This document shows positions 62,695 to 64,000 of a stretch of DNA of 64,000 nucleotides, piece by piece (positions within the stretch are counted from its first letter, which is position 1; each line of letters starts with the position of its first letter). Source of the stretch: Macrostomum lignano. Its lineage: Eukaryota. Position numbers and translations under genes: made by a program. Location: positions 481,167 to 545,166 of the forward strand of contig NIVC01000544.1 in assembly GCA_002269645.1 (NCBI GenBank). The letters run 5' to 3'. The notes beneath the pieces were generated by a model. It saw only the letters and a list, made by a program, of their open reading frames with translations. It had not been told where the DNA came from and made no database searches.

Positions 62695-63260
62695 TCCCAA
62701 TTTTTGCTGGGACTTTAGATTATTATTGGGATCCCAATTTTGCTGGGATTTCACAAATTTGAGATTGAGATCCCAGTTTTGCTGGGACTTCAAGATTATA
62801 ATTGGATCCCAATTTTGCTAGGATTTCACAATTGAGATTGAGATCCCAATTTTGATGGGATTTCAAGATTATGGTTGGGATCCCAATTTTGCTGGGACTT
62901 CACAATTGAGATTGAGATCCCAATTTTGCTGGGACTTCAAGATTATGATTGGGATCCCAATTTTGATGGGATTTCACAATTGAGATTGAGATCCCAATTT
63001 TGCTGGGACTTCAAGATTATGATTGGGATCCCAATTTTGCTGGGATTTCACAATTGAGATTGAGATCCCAATTTGCTGGGACTTCAAGATTATTATTGGG
63101 ATCCCAATTTTGCTGGGATTTCACAATTGAGATTGAGATCCCAATTTGCTGGGACTTCAAGATTATTATTGGATCCCAATTTTGCTGGGATTTCACAATT
63201 GAGATTGAGATCCCAAATTTGATGGGATTTTATCATTGAGATTATAAATTTTTCTGGGAT
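62695..63260. repeat. Alternating A/B ~37-bp minisatellite (GATCCCAATTTTGCTGGGA + CTTCAAGATTATTATTGG or TTTCACAATTGAGATTGA), ~15 units
   Basis: Tandem units share a TCCCA...TGGGA hairpin core. Confidence 0.92.
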
Positions 63261-63391
63261 TTGAAGATTAGGATCATAATTTTTGCGGGGATTTCGGGAT
63301 CGGCATTGAGAGGAGCTCAATTTAGCCGTTTGGCACTTAGATTCTAATGTCAAGAGAACTAAACTAAAAACTGAAAGGTAATTTTAAAAAA

Positions 63392-63828
63392 ATTGCGCTG
63401 TCTTTTAAGGCGTCAGTTCGATTTCTACGCAGGCCACTAGCGTAGGAGCCATTCGCTTCGCTTGCTATCAGGCTCGCAGCTTTTGCTCCGGTGGTGGTGG
63501 ACTCAGTGCCGCCGCTGCTACTGCCACTGAATCTGCCGGGTCTAGCGGTGCTTCGCTTCAACAGCCGATCAAGGCGTTGAAGGCTGGCGGTATTTTAAAT
63601 GCAGCCAAATATGGCGGCCGACACCACGTGTCGCTGATTCCTGGCGACGGATCGGGCCGGAATTGATGGACTCGGTTAAAACCATAGTTAATGTAGCCGG
63701 ATCGCCCCATTGATTTCGAGGAGATACCGCTGTCTGCCGAGCGAGGCACAGACGAGGACATGCGCAGGGCTATACTGTCTATTAAACGAAATGGCGTGGG
63801 GCTGAAAGGAAATTAGAAACTTTTGAAG
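63392..63828 (+). CDS. IDH3G: First coding exon of NAD-dependent isocitrate dehydrogenase gamma-like subunit, with apparent frameshifts (assembly error or pseudogene)
   Basis: After correcting single-base indels it reads: targeting-peptide-like ALSFKASVRFLR..RFACYQARSFCS, then AKYGGRHHVSLIPGDG(I)GPELMDSVK..DFEEI..AILSIKRNGVGLKGN.ET. Donor GAAG|GTAAGT at 63828/9. The start codon is not resolved. Confidence 0.85.
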
Positions 63829-64000
63829 GTAAGTTTCAATAAATTGATAGTTTTAAGGCCTTAAGCTACTATTAGTAGAGTAGCATGCTTTCTAATGCGA
63901 GTGAAAAGTGAGTCAATTGATTATATAGGGTTATTGGTTCTTGTCAATTGAAATAATTAATCAGGGGTCGCCAAAATTTTTACATTGATGTGCAGATGAA

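Noticed and set aside
62695-63260. CRISPR array
   Set aside because: Eukaryotic context, no cas genes, and only two alternating spacer types.

Overview
Eukaryotic genomic DNA, most likely an invertebrate animal (GT-AG introns, TTAGGG repeat, Gln/His-rich exons, AT-rich spacers); the species cannot be fixed from the sequence. Three complete spliced genes were reconstructed with phase-consistent exons: an M17 leucyl aminopeptidase (-, 858-11212, 6 coding exons, ~545 aa), an N4BP2-like kinase/CUE/Smr protein (+, 17472-21427, 5 exons, ~754 aa) and Raptor (+, 23909-35812, 8 exons, ~1518 aa). The first coding exon of an IDH3-gamma-like gene (+, ~63392-63828) carries several single-base frameshifts. 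Mobile DNA: a full-length but decayed Ty3/Gypsy element (-, 50994-60944, CATA TSD) with an extra third ORF, a truncated second Gypsy (42086-43774), a diverged related LTR remnant (~16367-17040), non-autonomous Helitron-like elements carrying tRNA-like modules and minisatellites, MITEs, and about 20 distinct minisatellite arrays, one or more in most introns. The most unusual signal is a ~50-bp-periodic array of [LTR end + 3-nt spacer + tRNA-3'-end-complementary PBS-like sequence] units in the U5 of the Gypsy LTR, with the same architecture in a second, diverged LTR elsewhere in the window. Most long entries in the ORF track are translations of tandem repeats. Repeat boundaries and copy numbers are hand estimates.
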